Of a stretch of 64,000 nucleotides of DNA, positions 25,323 to 37,517 are shown piece by piece. The translations under genes were made by a program, and so were the position numbers. Source of the stretch: Octopus sinensis (lineage: Eukaryota). Within the stretch, counting starts at the first letter, position 1, and the number at the start of each line of letters is the position of its first letter. The notes beneath the pieces were generated by a model, which worked only from the letters and a program-made list of their open reading frames with translations, was not told the DNA's origin and did no database searches. The stretch is from NCBI RefSeq assembly GCF_006345805.1, contig NC_042999.1, forward strand, positions 19,530,001 through 19,594,000, given 5' to 3'.

Positions 25323-25690
25323 TATGCATCTCTGATCATGAGCAGAAGTAGTGGGGGAGCATCATAGCCATGTGTTGAGAGGAATTCTTTGGGGTTTGAA
25401 CAATTCACCTCTGGAAACATGGGTGTTTCGTTGAACATCCTTAAACAGCCCTTATTCAGGGACCTTTTGAGCAGGATGGGTTACTCAACCAGAAGAAAAT
25501 TTTAACTGAGCCCCACCTACAAGTTCATGAGCTGTTTATCTTGATATGAGATCATCATGTCGTGCACACATGGTTGTGATGCATGTGCCTAGTGTACCCT
25601 TATCAGACGGGTAGTCATGATGGGTATACTGGGCCTGGTATATTTTACTCCAGAGTCACTTTGATGGCATGCACTGCTCTCTCACTCAGT
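25323..25690 (+). mobile_element. 5'-truncated tandem copy of the same TAA-flanked element
   Basis: Repeats about 24940-25310; (TAA)n on both sides. Confidence 0.7.
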
Positions 25691-25734
25691 AATAATAATA
25701 ATAATAATAATGATAATAATAATGATAATAACAA

Positions 25735-25945
25735 TGGTTTCAAATTTCACTACAAGGGCAGCAATTTGGGGGGAGGGGATGAGTTGATTACATGGACCCC
25801 AATATTTCACTGATGCTAAATTTATCGACCCCAAAAGCCTGAAAGGTAAAGTCGGCTTTGACAGAATTTGAACTCAGAACGTAGCGCAGACAAAATGTTG
25901 TTAAGCATTTCGCTCAGTGTTCTAACATTTCTGCCAGCTCACCGT
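25735..25945 (-). mobile_element. SINE type B
   Basis: Head CTGCCAGCTCACC and core recognisable. Confidence 0.7.
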
Positions 25946-26022
25946 GTCAGTATATAGTAACAATAATAATAATAACAATGATAATAATAACGATAATAAT
26001 AATGATGATGATGATAATAATG

Positions 26023-26071
<49 letters not shown>

Positions 26072-26072
26072 T

Positions 26073-26860
26073 AGGTGCCAGCATGGCTGTGTGGTAAGAA
26101 GCTTACTTCCCAACCACATGGTTCCGGGTTCAGTCCCACTGCATAGCACCATATGCTGGGGTCTTCTAATATAGCATCAGGCCAAATAAAGCCTTGTGAG
26201 TGGATTTGGTAGATGGAAACTGAAAGAAGCCTGTCATATGTATTCTTTTATTCATTTATTCTTTTATTCATTTCAGTCATTTGACTGCAGCCATGCTGGA
26301 GCACCGCCTTTAGTCGAACAAATCAATCCCAGGACTTATTCTTTGTAAACCTAGTACTTACTCCATCAGTCTCTTTTGCTGAACAGCTAAGTTACAGGGA
26401 CATAAACACACCAGCATCGGTTGTCAAGCGATGTTGGGTGTACAAACACAGACACACAAGCATATACACACACATACATACATGTAGATATATATATATA
26501 TACGACGGATTTCTTTTAGTTTCCGCCTACCAAATTCACTCACAAGGCTTTGGTCGGCCTGAGGCTATAGCAGAAGACATTTGCCCACGGTACCACACAG
26601 TGGGACTGAACCCGGAACCATGTGGTTGGTAAGCAAGCTATACGTATATAGGTATATATTTGTGTGTCTGTGTGTGTCACTCCAATATTGCTTGACAACC
26701 AATGTTGGTGTATTTACATCCCTGTAATTTAGCAGTTCAGCAAAATAGGCTGATAGAGTAAGTATTGGACTTAGAAAGAATAAGTCCTGGGCCGATTAGC
26801 TCGACTAAAGGCAGTGCTCCAGCATGGCCACGAACAAAACATTGAAACAAATGAAAGAAT
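26073..26860. mobile_element. Nested SINE type A: minus copy (about 26250-26641) inside a plus copy
   Basis: Plus head 26073-26240 and plus 3' half 26655-26860 surround an inverted copy. Confidence 0.75.
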
Positions 26861-27718
26861 GATAATTTGTACTAGAATCTGTCACAATCATTATAATGTG
26901 CAACCAAAAACGTATAATATTTACTGTAACAATCTTCACATTTTAACAGATTCAAACAAAAAGATAAAAAAGAAAAAATACAATAACAACAGCAACATAC
27001 AAAACAACAAATAAATCGTATTAGAGGATAAGATATTAATTGTGCTGGAATAAATATGTAAAGTGATTTATTAAAACTTTTAAGTACTTGTGTAAATACC
27101 TGGAAATGATTTCTGCAAATGTTATTCCACAAACGAAGAGATAATAACGGATAGTTATAAATAAACAAGTCACAAAGAAAGAGAGACAGACAGAGAGAGG
27201 GGGAGAAGGTATCACGAAAATAGAAATAATATATAAAAAATATTATAAAATATTTTAGAACAATGCCAAGAAAATATGGTTATCATGGTGAAAGACATAT
27301 CCATAAAGGATATTTAAATATTTGTGGAAGCAAATTTATGTATGTTATTTTTTACGATGAGACCAGTATATTTGTAAGAAGAGTTGTCGCATGGAAATTG
27401 CATAAACAGAAGAAAAAAAAAAGTGTCTGTCTGTGTGTCGGTGTGTCTATGTGTATGTGAAAATGGATTTGAAAAACAGCCTGTATTCAGCCAAGCTTGA
27501 AGGATATTTTTATCTTAACGCTTGAAGAATAAAATCTATTTGTTATTCATGCTATAGGAAAAAGAAAATAATAATTACATAGAAAAATGCAATCGTCTAG
27601 ATAGAAAAATGCAAAGTGAAGGAATTCGAAACACCTTTTATTCTGGTAGTTTTGTCTTTTTTTGCATTTAAGTGCCATCGCTGGTCTAATGGCGATGTCA
27701 TGAGTTAAATGTCAGGGC

Positions 27719-27739
27719 GTGTGTGCGTATGTGTGTAAA

Positions 27740-27773
<34 letters not shown>

Positions 27774-28123
27774 TGTGTTTATGTGTGTGTATGTATGTCT
27801 GTGTGTGTGTTTCCATATTTTTGCATGCGTGTGTGTGCAGACGTGCATGTCATATTTATGTTTGTGGGAGCACATGTGTATGTGTGTGGGTGTCTGTGTA
27901 TGTGTTTCCATGTGTGTGTATGTGTTTCCATGTGTGTGGGTGTCTGTGTATGTGTTTCTGTGTGTGTGTGTGTGTGTGTCTGTGTATGTGTTTCCATGTG
28001 TGTGTATGTGTTTCCATGTGTGTGGGTGTCTGTGTATGTGTTTCTGTGTGTGTGTTGTGTGTCTGTGTATGTGTTTCCATGTGTGTGTATGTGTTTCCAT
28101 GTGTGTGGGTGTCTGTGTATGTG

Positions 28124-28154
<31 letters not shown>

Positions 28155-28774
28155 CTGTGTTTATGTGTGTGTATGTGTTTCCATGTGTGGTGTTGTGTTT
28201 CCATGTGTGTGGGTGTCTGTGTATGTGTTTCTTGTGTGTGTGTGTGTGTGTGTGTCTGTGTATGTGTTTCCATGTGTGTGTATGTGTTTCCATGTGTGTG
28301 GGTGTCTGTGTATGTGTTTATGTGTGTGGGTGTCTGTGTATGTGTTTCTGTGTGTGTGTGTCTGTGTATGTGTTTCCATGTGTTTATGTGTGTGGGTGTC
28401 TGTGTATGTGTTTCTGTGTGTGTGTGTCTGTGTGTCTGTGTATGTGTTTCCATGTGTTTGTGTATGTGTGTGTGTGACTGTGTGTGCACATGTGTGCATA
28501 TCATATTTATGTTTGTCGGTGCATGTGTGTATATATGTGTGTGTGTATGTCTGTGTATGTTTCATATTTTTGTGTGTGTGCGTGTGTGTGCACATGTGCA
28601 TGTAATATTTATGTTTGTGGGAGCATATGTGTATGTGTGCGTGTGTCTGTGTATGTCTTTCCATGTGTTTGTGTTTGTGTGTGTGTGTGCACAGGTGCAT
28701 GCCATATTTGTGTTTGTGGAAGCACGTGTGTATATGTGTGTGTATGTGTGTATGTGCCTGTGTATATGTTTCCT

Positions 28775-28823
<49 letters not shown>

Positions 28824-29135
28824 TGCAGACGTGCATGTCTTATTTGTTTGTGGAAGCACGTGTGTATATGTGTGTGTTTGTGTGTGTGTGCCTGTGTATA
28901 TGTTTCCTTGTGTTTGTGTGTGTGTGTGTGTGTGTGTGCAGACGTGATTGTCTTATTTGTTTGTGGAAGCACGTGTGTATATGTGTGTGTTTGTGTGTGT
29001 GTGCCTGTGTATATGTTTCCTTGTGTTTGTGTTTGTGTGTGTGTGTGTGTGCACAGGTGCATGCCATATTTGTGTTTGTGGAAGCACGTGTGTATATGTG
29101 TGTGTATGTGTGTGTGTGCCTGTGTATATGTTTCT

Positions 29136-29172
<37 letters not shown>

Positions 29173-29790
29173 ATATATTTAAGTGTGTGTCTATGTGTGT
29201 GTATTTGTATGTGACTATCTGCACATTTTTATGTACACCTTTGTTTTTGTTTGCGTGTGTGTGCTTATGTGCTGTCTGTGTCTGTCTATGTGTATGTGTG
29301 TGTGCATTTGCTCATGTGTGTGTGTAAGTGTGTGTGTGTCAATTTATGTAAGTGCATGTGTTTATGCATGAGTGTGCTCATGTGTGTGTGTGTTATGTGC
29401 TTGTGTATGAGTATACGTGCATTGTGTCTATCTAACTAATGTGTGTGTATATGTATAGGTGTTATGTGTTATGTGCTATGCACCTGTGTATACATGTGTG
29501 TATGTGTCTGCCTGCATATCTTTATGTATATGTGTACACATGCATGAGTGTATGTCTGCATACTTATGTACAAGTCATGCGTGTATATGTGTGAGTATAT
29601 TTGTGTATAAATGGATGTGTGTGAGTGTGTGTATGCGAGTGTGTGTGTGTGAGTGTGTGTATGTGAGTGTGTGTATGTCTGCATAGTTATGTGTAAGTCA
29701 TGCATTTATATGTGTGAGTTTATTTGTGTATAAATGAATGGGTGTGAGTGTGTGTATGTCAGTGTATGCGAGTGTGTGTGTGTGTGTGTC
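27719..29790. repeat. About 2-kb (TG)n-derived compound minisatellite
   Basis: Recurring GGGTGTCTGTGTATGTGTTTCCAT and TTTGTGGAAGCACGTGTG units; source of the 534-aa CV ORF. Confidence 0.95.
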
Positions 29791-30214
29791 TGTCAGCCTG
29801 TACTTATGCATATGCTCGGCTAAAAGAGCGTGTGAGTGCACATGTGCATAGAGCTGAAAAATCATGTTGTTCCCTCTTGCTATTCAAGATTTATCAATCC
29901 TTTATCAATCAATTGAACACCGCTTGCCAACATCGCAGTGTCACTTTTTTAAAAAATGATTTACATTCAACAGGTTTCACTTATAAATATTATTCTCTAA
30001 GCAAATATTTTCATTTTCGATGGCAGTTTTTTTTTTTTTTGTGGGGTGGGGTGGGGGAGTAGGGGGTCTATTTTATTGTATTATCATTTTTGTTGGTTAT
30101 TATAGCTCAACTTTCCGAGAACTAAACTTTGGAAGGAAAAGAAACAAATCTTGGCTAATTCTGATAAGAATTATTAACAATAAATATGCATCAGACATAT
30201 CTTGAGGTGTTCAG

Positions 30215-30670
30215 ATAAATATACATGTATGCACACATACAAATACATCCTTATACATGTTAATACATACATACACATGCACAAATACGTATGTAAGCAT
30301 ATTGATGCTTACACATTCAGAGATGCACCCAATACATACATAAACATATTCACACATATATACACAGGTATACATATATATATATATACGTATGTATGTA
30401 TATATATGTATGTATATATAACTAGGTATGTATGTGTGTGTGTGTGTATGTATATATATATATATACCTGCATGTGTGTGTGTTTGTGTGTGCATAGACA
30501 CTACAAAAATACACAAATACATTAATGCAACCATACATATGCACAAATACATATACATCTTCATGCTTACACACACACAAATACCTATATATATATATAT
30601 ATCTGTGTGTATGCATCTATGTATGTATGTATTAGGTATTTGCATATACATACATGCACATACATATAGA
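30215..30670. repeat. Degenerate (CATA)/(TA)/(TG) simple repeat
   Basis: Directly visible. Confidence 0.85.
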
Positions 30671-31157
30671 CAAAGAAAGTAATAGGGGGAGTGTGAAAGT
30701 TAGAGATTTATAGCAAATGTCTATAAATTATACACACTACATTACAGATCCTCTAATCCGATACCCTAGGGATTTGGGTAATGCCAAAATATTGAATATG
30801 TTGATATATTAGAATACAATCTTAAAAAAAAAACAACAAATCGTGTTTTGTTAACCACATCATAAAATACATAATATTTTTCAGTAGCTTCGACAACTGT
30901 GGGCCTCTTTTCACAAGACAAATTAGATTTACAAATACCATATCATATTTTAAAGTTACTATACTACACAACTATAGAGATATAGGTATTTATGAACTCC
31001 ATGTCTTTGAGCAATTGCTTGGCATTTTCAATAAATGTAAACCCTTCACCCTTTTGGAAGCAACCTGCTCAAGATTGCCCCCGGTTTTATGAAACAAACT
31101 TCCTGTTCTAGCAGCTTTATCATTTAATCTGGCCAAAATCCAGCCACAATACTGCTT

Positions 31158-31282
31158 CATCATCGTCATCATCATCGTTTCACATCCGTTCTCCATGCTA
31201 GCATGGGTTGGACGGTTTGACCGGGGATCTGGGAAGCCAGAAGGCTGCACCAGGCTCCAGTCTTATCTGGTAGTGTTTCTAT
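31158..31282 (-). mobile_element. Short RTE 3' end inserted in the first unit
   Basis: Absent from the second unit at the equivalent GCTTCATG site. Confidence 0.8.
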
Positions 31283-31777
31283 GTTTTATATTTCAAACTA
31301 GACGAATTCAGCTTCTTACACCTTCCCTACAATGTCATTCTAAAAATATCCAATTGCATCATTGGAATATCAAAGTTACAAGATAATACAAGAATAATTC
31401 AAAACAATTTCAATTAATAAACATTTGACAGAGTTATCTGAATGCCAAATGATTAATTTTATTTGGATCAAAATGTTATGTTAATTCAAATTCATATCTT
31501 TGAGTAATTGCTTGGTATTTTCAATAAATGTAAACCCTTAATCCTTTTGAAAGCAACCTGCTCAATATTGCCCCCGGATTTATGAAACAAACTTCCTGTT
31601 CTAACCCTTTATCATTTAATCTGGCCAAAATCCAGGCAAAATATTGCTTCATGTTTTATATTCAAACTAGATGAATTCAGCTTCTTACACCTTCCCTACA
31701 ATGTTATTCTAAAAATAGCCAATTGCATCATTGGAATATCAAAGTTACAAGATAATGCAAGAATAATTCAAAACAAT

Positions 31778-31992
31778 AAGGCAGTGAATTGGCAGAAACG
31801 TTAGCACATCTGGTGAAATGCTTAGCGATATTTCACCTGTCTTTATGTTCTAGTTCAAATTCCACCGATGTCGACTTTGCCTTTCATCTTTTCATGGTCG
31901 ATAAATTAAGTACCAGTTGTGTACTGGGGTTGATGTAATCGACTATCCCCGTCCTCCAAATTTCAGGCCTTGTGGCTATAATAGAAAGGATT
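31778..31992 (+). mobile_element. SINE type B
   Basis: Head, B box, core and tail present. Confidence 0.8.
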
Positions 31993-32042
31993 ATTATTAT
32001 TATATTATTATTATTATTATATTATTATTATTATTTTTATTA

Positions 32043-32447
32043 TCATTACCATTGCCTTTGCACAGCTTCTAATGCTGGAGAAGTCCTACAGTGCCAGCTG
32101 TTCACTGCCAGTGAACTAAGGTAACGCCTCTTATTTTTCAAGCACCTTCCGGAGTATTCGAGTGGTTCCAAGCAGTGCTGTTTTCTGCAAGTGCTCCACC
32201 TGTATTGCTGCCCCTATTAGATCCATGTACTTATTGAGATTTTTGCTCACTGTTCCCCGGGCTCTGACAATTATTGGAACTACTGCTACTTTTTGCATCG
32301 ACCACAACTGCTTAATTTCCCAAGCTAACCTGTCATATCTCTCGACTTTTCTTTCTTCCTTATCGCATACCTTGTTGTCACCAGAGCATTCTATATCTAT
32401 GATCCAGCATAGTTTGTTTTCTTTCTCAATTAAGACTATGTCTGGCT
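32043..32447 (-). pseudogene. Second R4/Dong-like family, RLE C-terminus and 3' UTR
   Basis: Minus translation PDIVLIEKENKLCWIIDIEC..KVERYDRLAWEIKQLW..VPIIV..LQKTALLGTTRILRKVL; followed by (TAA)n on its own strand; missed by the ORF track. Confidence 0.8.
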
Positions 32448-32449
32448 AA

Positions 32450-32636
32450 TGTGGCGAGCTGGCAGAAACGTTAGCATGCCGGATGAAATGCTTAATGGTA
32501 TTTCATCTGTCTTTACGTTCTGAGTTCAAATTCCATTGAGGTCAACTTTGCCTTTCATCCTTTTGGTACTGGGGTTGATCTAATCAACTGACCCCCTCCC
32601 CAAATATTTCAGGCCTTGTGCTTAGAGTAGGAAGGA
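32450..32636 (+). mobile_element. SINE type B
   Basis: GGCGAGCTGGCAGAAACGTTAGC head. Confidence 0.8.
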
Positions 32637-32856
32637 ATAATTTCAAAACAATTCCAATTCATAAACAGTACATTTGACAGAGTTATCTGAATACCAGAGG
32701 GTTAATTTTATTTACATCAAAATTTTATGTTAATTCAAATTCCAAACACTCTCTCACTAATGACTAAGTTATTTTACTAAAATTTTCCTTATTTTCAAAA
32801 TTAACGGAAAAAACGTATGTTTCAACTAAATCACAGTAAGAAAGGGATTTATATAT

Positions 32857-33222
32857 AGGTGCAGGAGTGGCTGTGTGGTAAGTAGCTTGCTTACCAACCA
32901 TATAGCCTCAAGCCAACCAAAGCCTTGTGAGTGGATTTGGTAGCCGGAAACTGAAAGAAGCCTGTCGTATATATGTATATAAAATGTATGTGTGTGTATA
33001 TGTGTGTGTGTCTGTGTTTGTCCCCCAACATCACTTGACAACCGATGTTGGTGTGTTTACATCCCCATAACTTAGTGATTACGCTAAAGAGACTGATAGA
33101 ATATGTACTAGGCTTACAAAGAATAAGTCCTGAGGTCGATCTGCTCAACTAAAGGCAGTGCACCAGCATGGTCACAGTCAAATGACTGAAAGAAGTAAAA
33201 GAAAAAACAAGAGTAAAGAGTA
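32857..33222 (+). mobile_element. SINE type A with deletion in the head
   Basis: GGTGCAGGAGTGGCTGTGTGGTAAG start, standard tail. Confidence 0.8.
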
Positions 33223-33789
33223 ATAAATAAATTATGATGTCTGTCTATCACTCTTTCTATCAGTGTGTATATTTCTGCACCTTTGTGTTTGTGTGTGTAT
33301 TTGCCACCAGTTCCAAACTGTATATTGTTACCAAGACAGGCTGAATATTCAGCTGGCCATGTTCACTCATCAACATCCATATAGTTGTACCAAATTGTCT
33401 AATGTTAGCCTATCTAAACTGAAGAACAGAGATAGGCGAAATCTATCCGTAAATTTCCCCTTTGGCCTTGTGCTTATGCCATGAGATGTTTTGAGTGTTC
33501 AATGGAAACCTGATGTATGTAACATCAAAGCAATTTTAATGTTCCTTTTACACTGAACAAGTTTCAGCTCCATTAATTCAGAACACAAATTTACTTTAAA
33601 GAAATTCGGTGAATGTAAGCTTAGGGTTGACTTTATTCGGTTGATCCAGAAGGATTAAAGATAAAATGCCAGTCACAAATTTGAGTTCAGGAACCCTTTT
33701 CCTAACTGTGCAGCCTTAGAAATCCTTATTATATTGGAGTTTCATTCATGCATGGACAACGATTTCACATGGGAATCGTTTAATATAAG

Positions 33790-34370
33790 CTCTTTACTCT
33801 CTTTTACTATTTTACTTGTTTCAGTCATTTGACTGTGGCCATGCTGGAGCTCTGCCTTTAGTTGAGCAAATCAACCCCAGAACTTATTGTTTGTAAGCCT
33901 AGTACTTATTCTATCAGTCACTTTTGCCGAACTGCTAAGTTACAGGGATGTAAACACACAAGCGATGTTGGATGGGACAAACACAGACACACAAACACAC
34001 ACATATATATATACATATATACAACAGGCTTCTTTCAGTTTCTGTCTTCCACGCCACTCACAAGGCTTTCGTTGGCCCACGGCTATAGTAGAAGACACTT
34101 GCCCAAGGTGCCATGCAGTGAGACTGAATCCAGAACCATGTGGTTGGTAAGCAAGCTACTTTATTTCATCAAATTTGTCCTGAAGACAGTACACAGATTA
34201 TGTAGCTTTGCAGGTTGGACAAGACATTAACGAAATGAATGATAATGATACAAGGATGATAAGGATGGGAGAAGACAGAAAGCGCCCACCGACCCTCTGT
34301 TTTTCTAAACATTGATCTTTAGCAACACATTACACGAGGCAATGAACCACACAGCCACTCCTGTGCCTAT
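33790..34370 (-). mobile_element. SINE type A interrupted in the head by about 185 bp of unrelated DNA
   Basis: Body 33790-34160, remaining head 34346-34370. Confidence 0.75.
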
Positions 34371-34539
34371 ATAAATATGAATACTTAAAATGAGACCTTT
34401 TTATCACAGGATCAGAAGTATTCTTGGGTAGTTTGGTATAAAATAAAGTAAAAGCATGATTAAAAAACAAAATGCTTAAATCATAATTGTGCTTTTTTAA
34501 TGTTACATATTATTTAGCATGAAATATGCTGGCCAAAAT

Positions 34540-34975
34540 ATGTGGTCACTTCCACTAAGAGAATTAAGAGCCAAATCACATTTTATAGCTTTATCAGAGA
34601 CACAAGTAAAACGCCCCCCCACCCATGCAATGGATGGTGCTGAGTTGTTAAACATTTAAACCAAATTTTCTCGAAACAACTTGTCCGACCCTCCCATAGG
34701 CCTCCCCTTTGAGAAACACTGATTTAACCTAAATTTGAGACACCAGCAAAAGAAGATATAAAGATAGACTTTTCTTCTATTCCAAAGAAAAACGATTTTA
34801 TTCACTTTATCGATTGCATTCTCACCTGGAATCGATTTTTGTAATTTTTTCAAGACTTATACATGCCCTGATACCATCAGTATCTACATATCAAATTTGC
34901 GTGCAATCGCATGGAGGATGCCTGAGATCCTAGAAGACACACACACACAGACAGAACATATTTTATATAATAGAT
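34540..34975 (-). mobile_element. Possible non-autonomous Helitron fragment
   Basis: Minus strand starts a-TCTATTATATAAAA followed by (TG)n, a typical Helitron 5' end; 3' end not found. Confidence 0.4.
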
Positions 34976-35109
34976 GTTGGATAATGTAGTCTTTGATAAA
35001 GTGTTTGAAATATAATGGAATGATCACAAATGGAACACCTTTGACTACCTGTTTGTTTGATCGAGGCTGACCAAGAGTGAGAAACTGTGGGTTATTCTAA
35101 TGTTACTAA

Positions 35110-35508
35110 TGAGTAACTCTTTTACTCTTTTACTTGTTTCAGTCATTTGACTGCGGCCATGCTGGAGCACCGCCTTTAATCGAGCAACTCGACCCCGGGA
35201 CTTATTCTTTGTAAGCCCAGTACTTATTCTATCGGTCTCTTTTGCCGAACCGCTAAGTGATGGGGACATAAACACACCAGCATCGGTTGACAAGCAATGC
35301 TAGGGAGACAAACACACACACGCATATATATATATATACATATATACGACGGGCTTCTTCGAGTTTCCGTCTACCAAATCCACTCACAAGACTTTGGTCG
35401 GCCCGAGGCTATAGTAGAAGACACTGCCCAAGGTGCCACGCAGTGGGACTGAACCCAGAACCATGTGGCTGGTAAACAAGCTACTTACCACACAGCCACT
35501 CCTGCACC
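35110..35508 (-). mobile_element. SINE type A, full length, young (CpGs retained)
   Basis: Complete head to tail. Confidence 0.88.
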
Positions 35509-35586
35509 TCTCTACATTTGTAATCTAGACTCTTCCTCTCGCCGCCTCTCTTCAAGAAGCAGATACTTTGTACCATTTTGTACCAA

Positions 35587-35820
35587 AGGTGGTGAGCTGG
35601 CAGAAACGTTAGCACGCCGGGCGAAATGCTTAGCAGTATTTCATCTATCACTACATTCTGAGTTCAAATTCCGCTGAGGTCGACTTTGCCTTTCATCCTT
35701 TCGAGGTCAATAAATTAAGTACCAGTTACGCACTGAGATCGATGTAATCGACTTAATCTGTTTGCCTGTCCTTGTTTGTCCCCTCTGTGTGTAGCCCCTT
35801 GTGGGCAATAAAGAGATAAG
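35587..35820 (+). mobile_element. SINE type B, full length
   Basis: Complete head, core, tail. Confidence 0.85.
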
Positions 35821-36554
35821 ATATCTTGTACCATCACTTATCAACTAAACCCATCTCAGAAGGAATGAAATAGAATGTCAGAGAGAGAGAGAGAGAGAGA
35901 GAGAGAAATGGGGGAGAGAAGGAAGGAGTGAAAGAGAGGGCATGAGACAGAGAGAAAGAGAGATGGAGAGTGATGGAAAAAAGAGAGAAATGTTAAAGTG
36001 GCATCAATGAATATCAGTTGTTCAGAGTTTTCAACAAAGAATCTTTTACTTGGTTACTTGTTTACTCAGCTTGCAAGAAATAGCAGTCAAATACCCCTGA
36101 GATTTGAACACGAATATCTAATTGCTGTTGTTTATACTTACAAACTCCGAAACATGTAGCTTTGGCATGAGTTAGTTTCTGATCTTTTGAAAATGCAATC
36201 CACCATTGTAAAATTCTCTTTGATATATCTCTGTTGTAGTATTTGTCTTTTTTTAAGCAGTCTCACATCAAACATTTATAAGGAAATCCTCAAAGCATTT
36301 TCGTGAATATCAAACATTTGAGAAAAACATCAATAAGTACATGTGAAGAGGTGTGATCTCTATGAAATGGTGAGAATGCTTACAATGAATCTAAGAAAAC
36401 TAGCTACAAATATCTACCATTTGGTTAATTTGAATAAAGTTTTTAAATAGAGAGATTTGATTAGTAATTGTATTATCAAGAACTGTGAACATTCAATTGG
36501 CAAATTTCAAAAAAAAATAACCAAACAAAATTACCAAAAGAAATTACCAAACAT

Positions 36555-36950
36555 AGGTGTAGGAGTGGCTGTGTGGTAAGTAGCTTGCTTACCAACCACA
36601 TGATTCCAGGTTCAATCCAATTGCATGGCACATTGGGCAAGTGTCTTCTACTATAGCCTTGGACCGACCAAAGCCTTGTGAGTGGATTTGGTAGATGAAA
36701 ACTGAAAGAAGCCCATCGTATATATGTATATATATATGTGTGTGTGTATATATATTTGTGTGTCTGTGTTTGTCCCCCCCAACATCACTTGACAACCGAT
36801 GCTGTTGTGTTTACGTCCCCGTAACATAGCGGATCAGCAAAAGAGACCAATAGAATAAGCACTAGGCTTACAAAGAATAAGTCCTGGGGTCGATTTGTTC
36901 GACTAAAGGTGGTGCTCCAGCATGGCTACAGTCAAATGACTGAAACAAGT
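36555..36950 (+). mobile_element. SINE type A, full length
   Basis: Complete head to tail. Confidence 0.87.
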
Positions 36951-37090
36951 GTTTGACCTTAACCAGTTGATCATGTCCCTTAGTGGCTGACAATATGTGC
37001 ATCTCTGATCATGAGCAGAAGTAGGGGAGTATTGTAGCCGTGTGTTGAGAAGAATTCTTTGGGGTTTGAATAATTCACCTCTGGAAACAA
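36949..37090 (+). mobile_element. Internal fragment of the TAA-flanked 560-bp element
   Basis: Matches about 24896-25040. Confidence 0.7.
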
Positions 37091-37091
37091 T

Positions 37092-37445
37092 AGAAATTGA
37101 AAAATGTGGCATTTCAAGGTGACTACAGTATCAGTGATTGTAGGAACTCTAGGAATGATAAAAAAGGTACTGAAACCTATTTGAAAATGATACCAGGCTT
37201 ACCATCCCAACAAGAAGTGCAAAAAATCGTGTTAACTGGAACGGCTCATGTACTGAGAAGAGCATTATCGCTGTGAAAACAACATGCATTCATGAATTTA
37301 TTTATTTATTTATTTATTTTTAAATACATATTTTACCTGTGAATTTGTGTGTGTAATCTGGGAATGCATACAATGAGCTTCTCTGCCTTAGGTGTACCGA
37401 AAACACTCTGCGAGAAACGGAAGAAAATTTGAAGAAAGAAGGAAA
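37092..37445 (+). mobile_element. R4/Dong-like LINE 3' end
   Basis: EIEKMW..IPGLPS..QEVQKIVLTG remnant; (TAA)n downstream. Confidence 0.8.
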
Positions 37446-37457
37446 AAGATAATAATG

Positions 37458-37505
<48 letters not shown>

Positions 37506-37517
37506 TTAAAAATAATA

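Larger units (their letters stand above)
31010..32850. repeat. Tandemly duplicated about 370-bp unit (possible piggyBac-type MITE) with nested insertions
   Basis: 31010-31493 repeated from 31500; second unit resumes at 32635; TTAATCCTT...AGGGTTAA ends. Confidence 0.55.

Noticed and set aside
27719-29327. 534-aa Cys/Val-rich ORF and overlapping His/Thr ORFs
   Set aside because: Translation of (TG)n-derived satellite, open in several frames on both strands.
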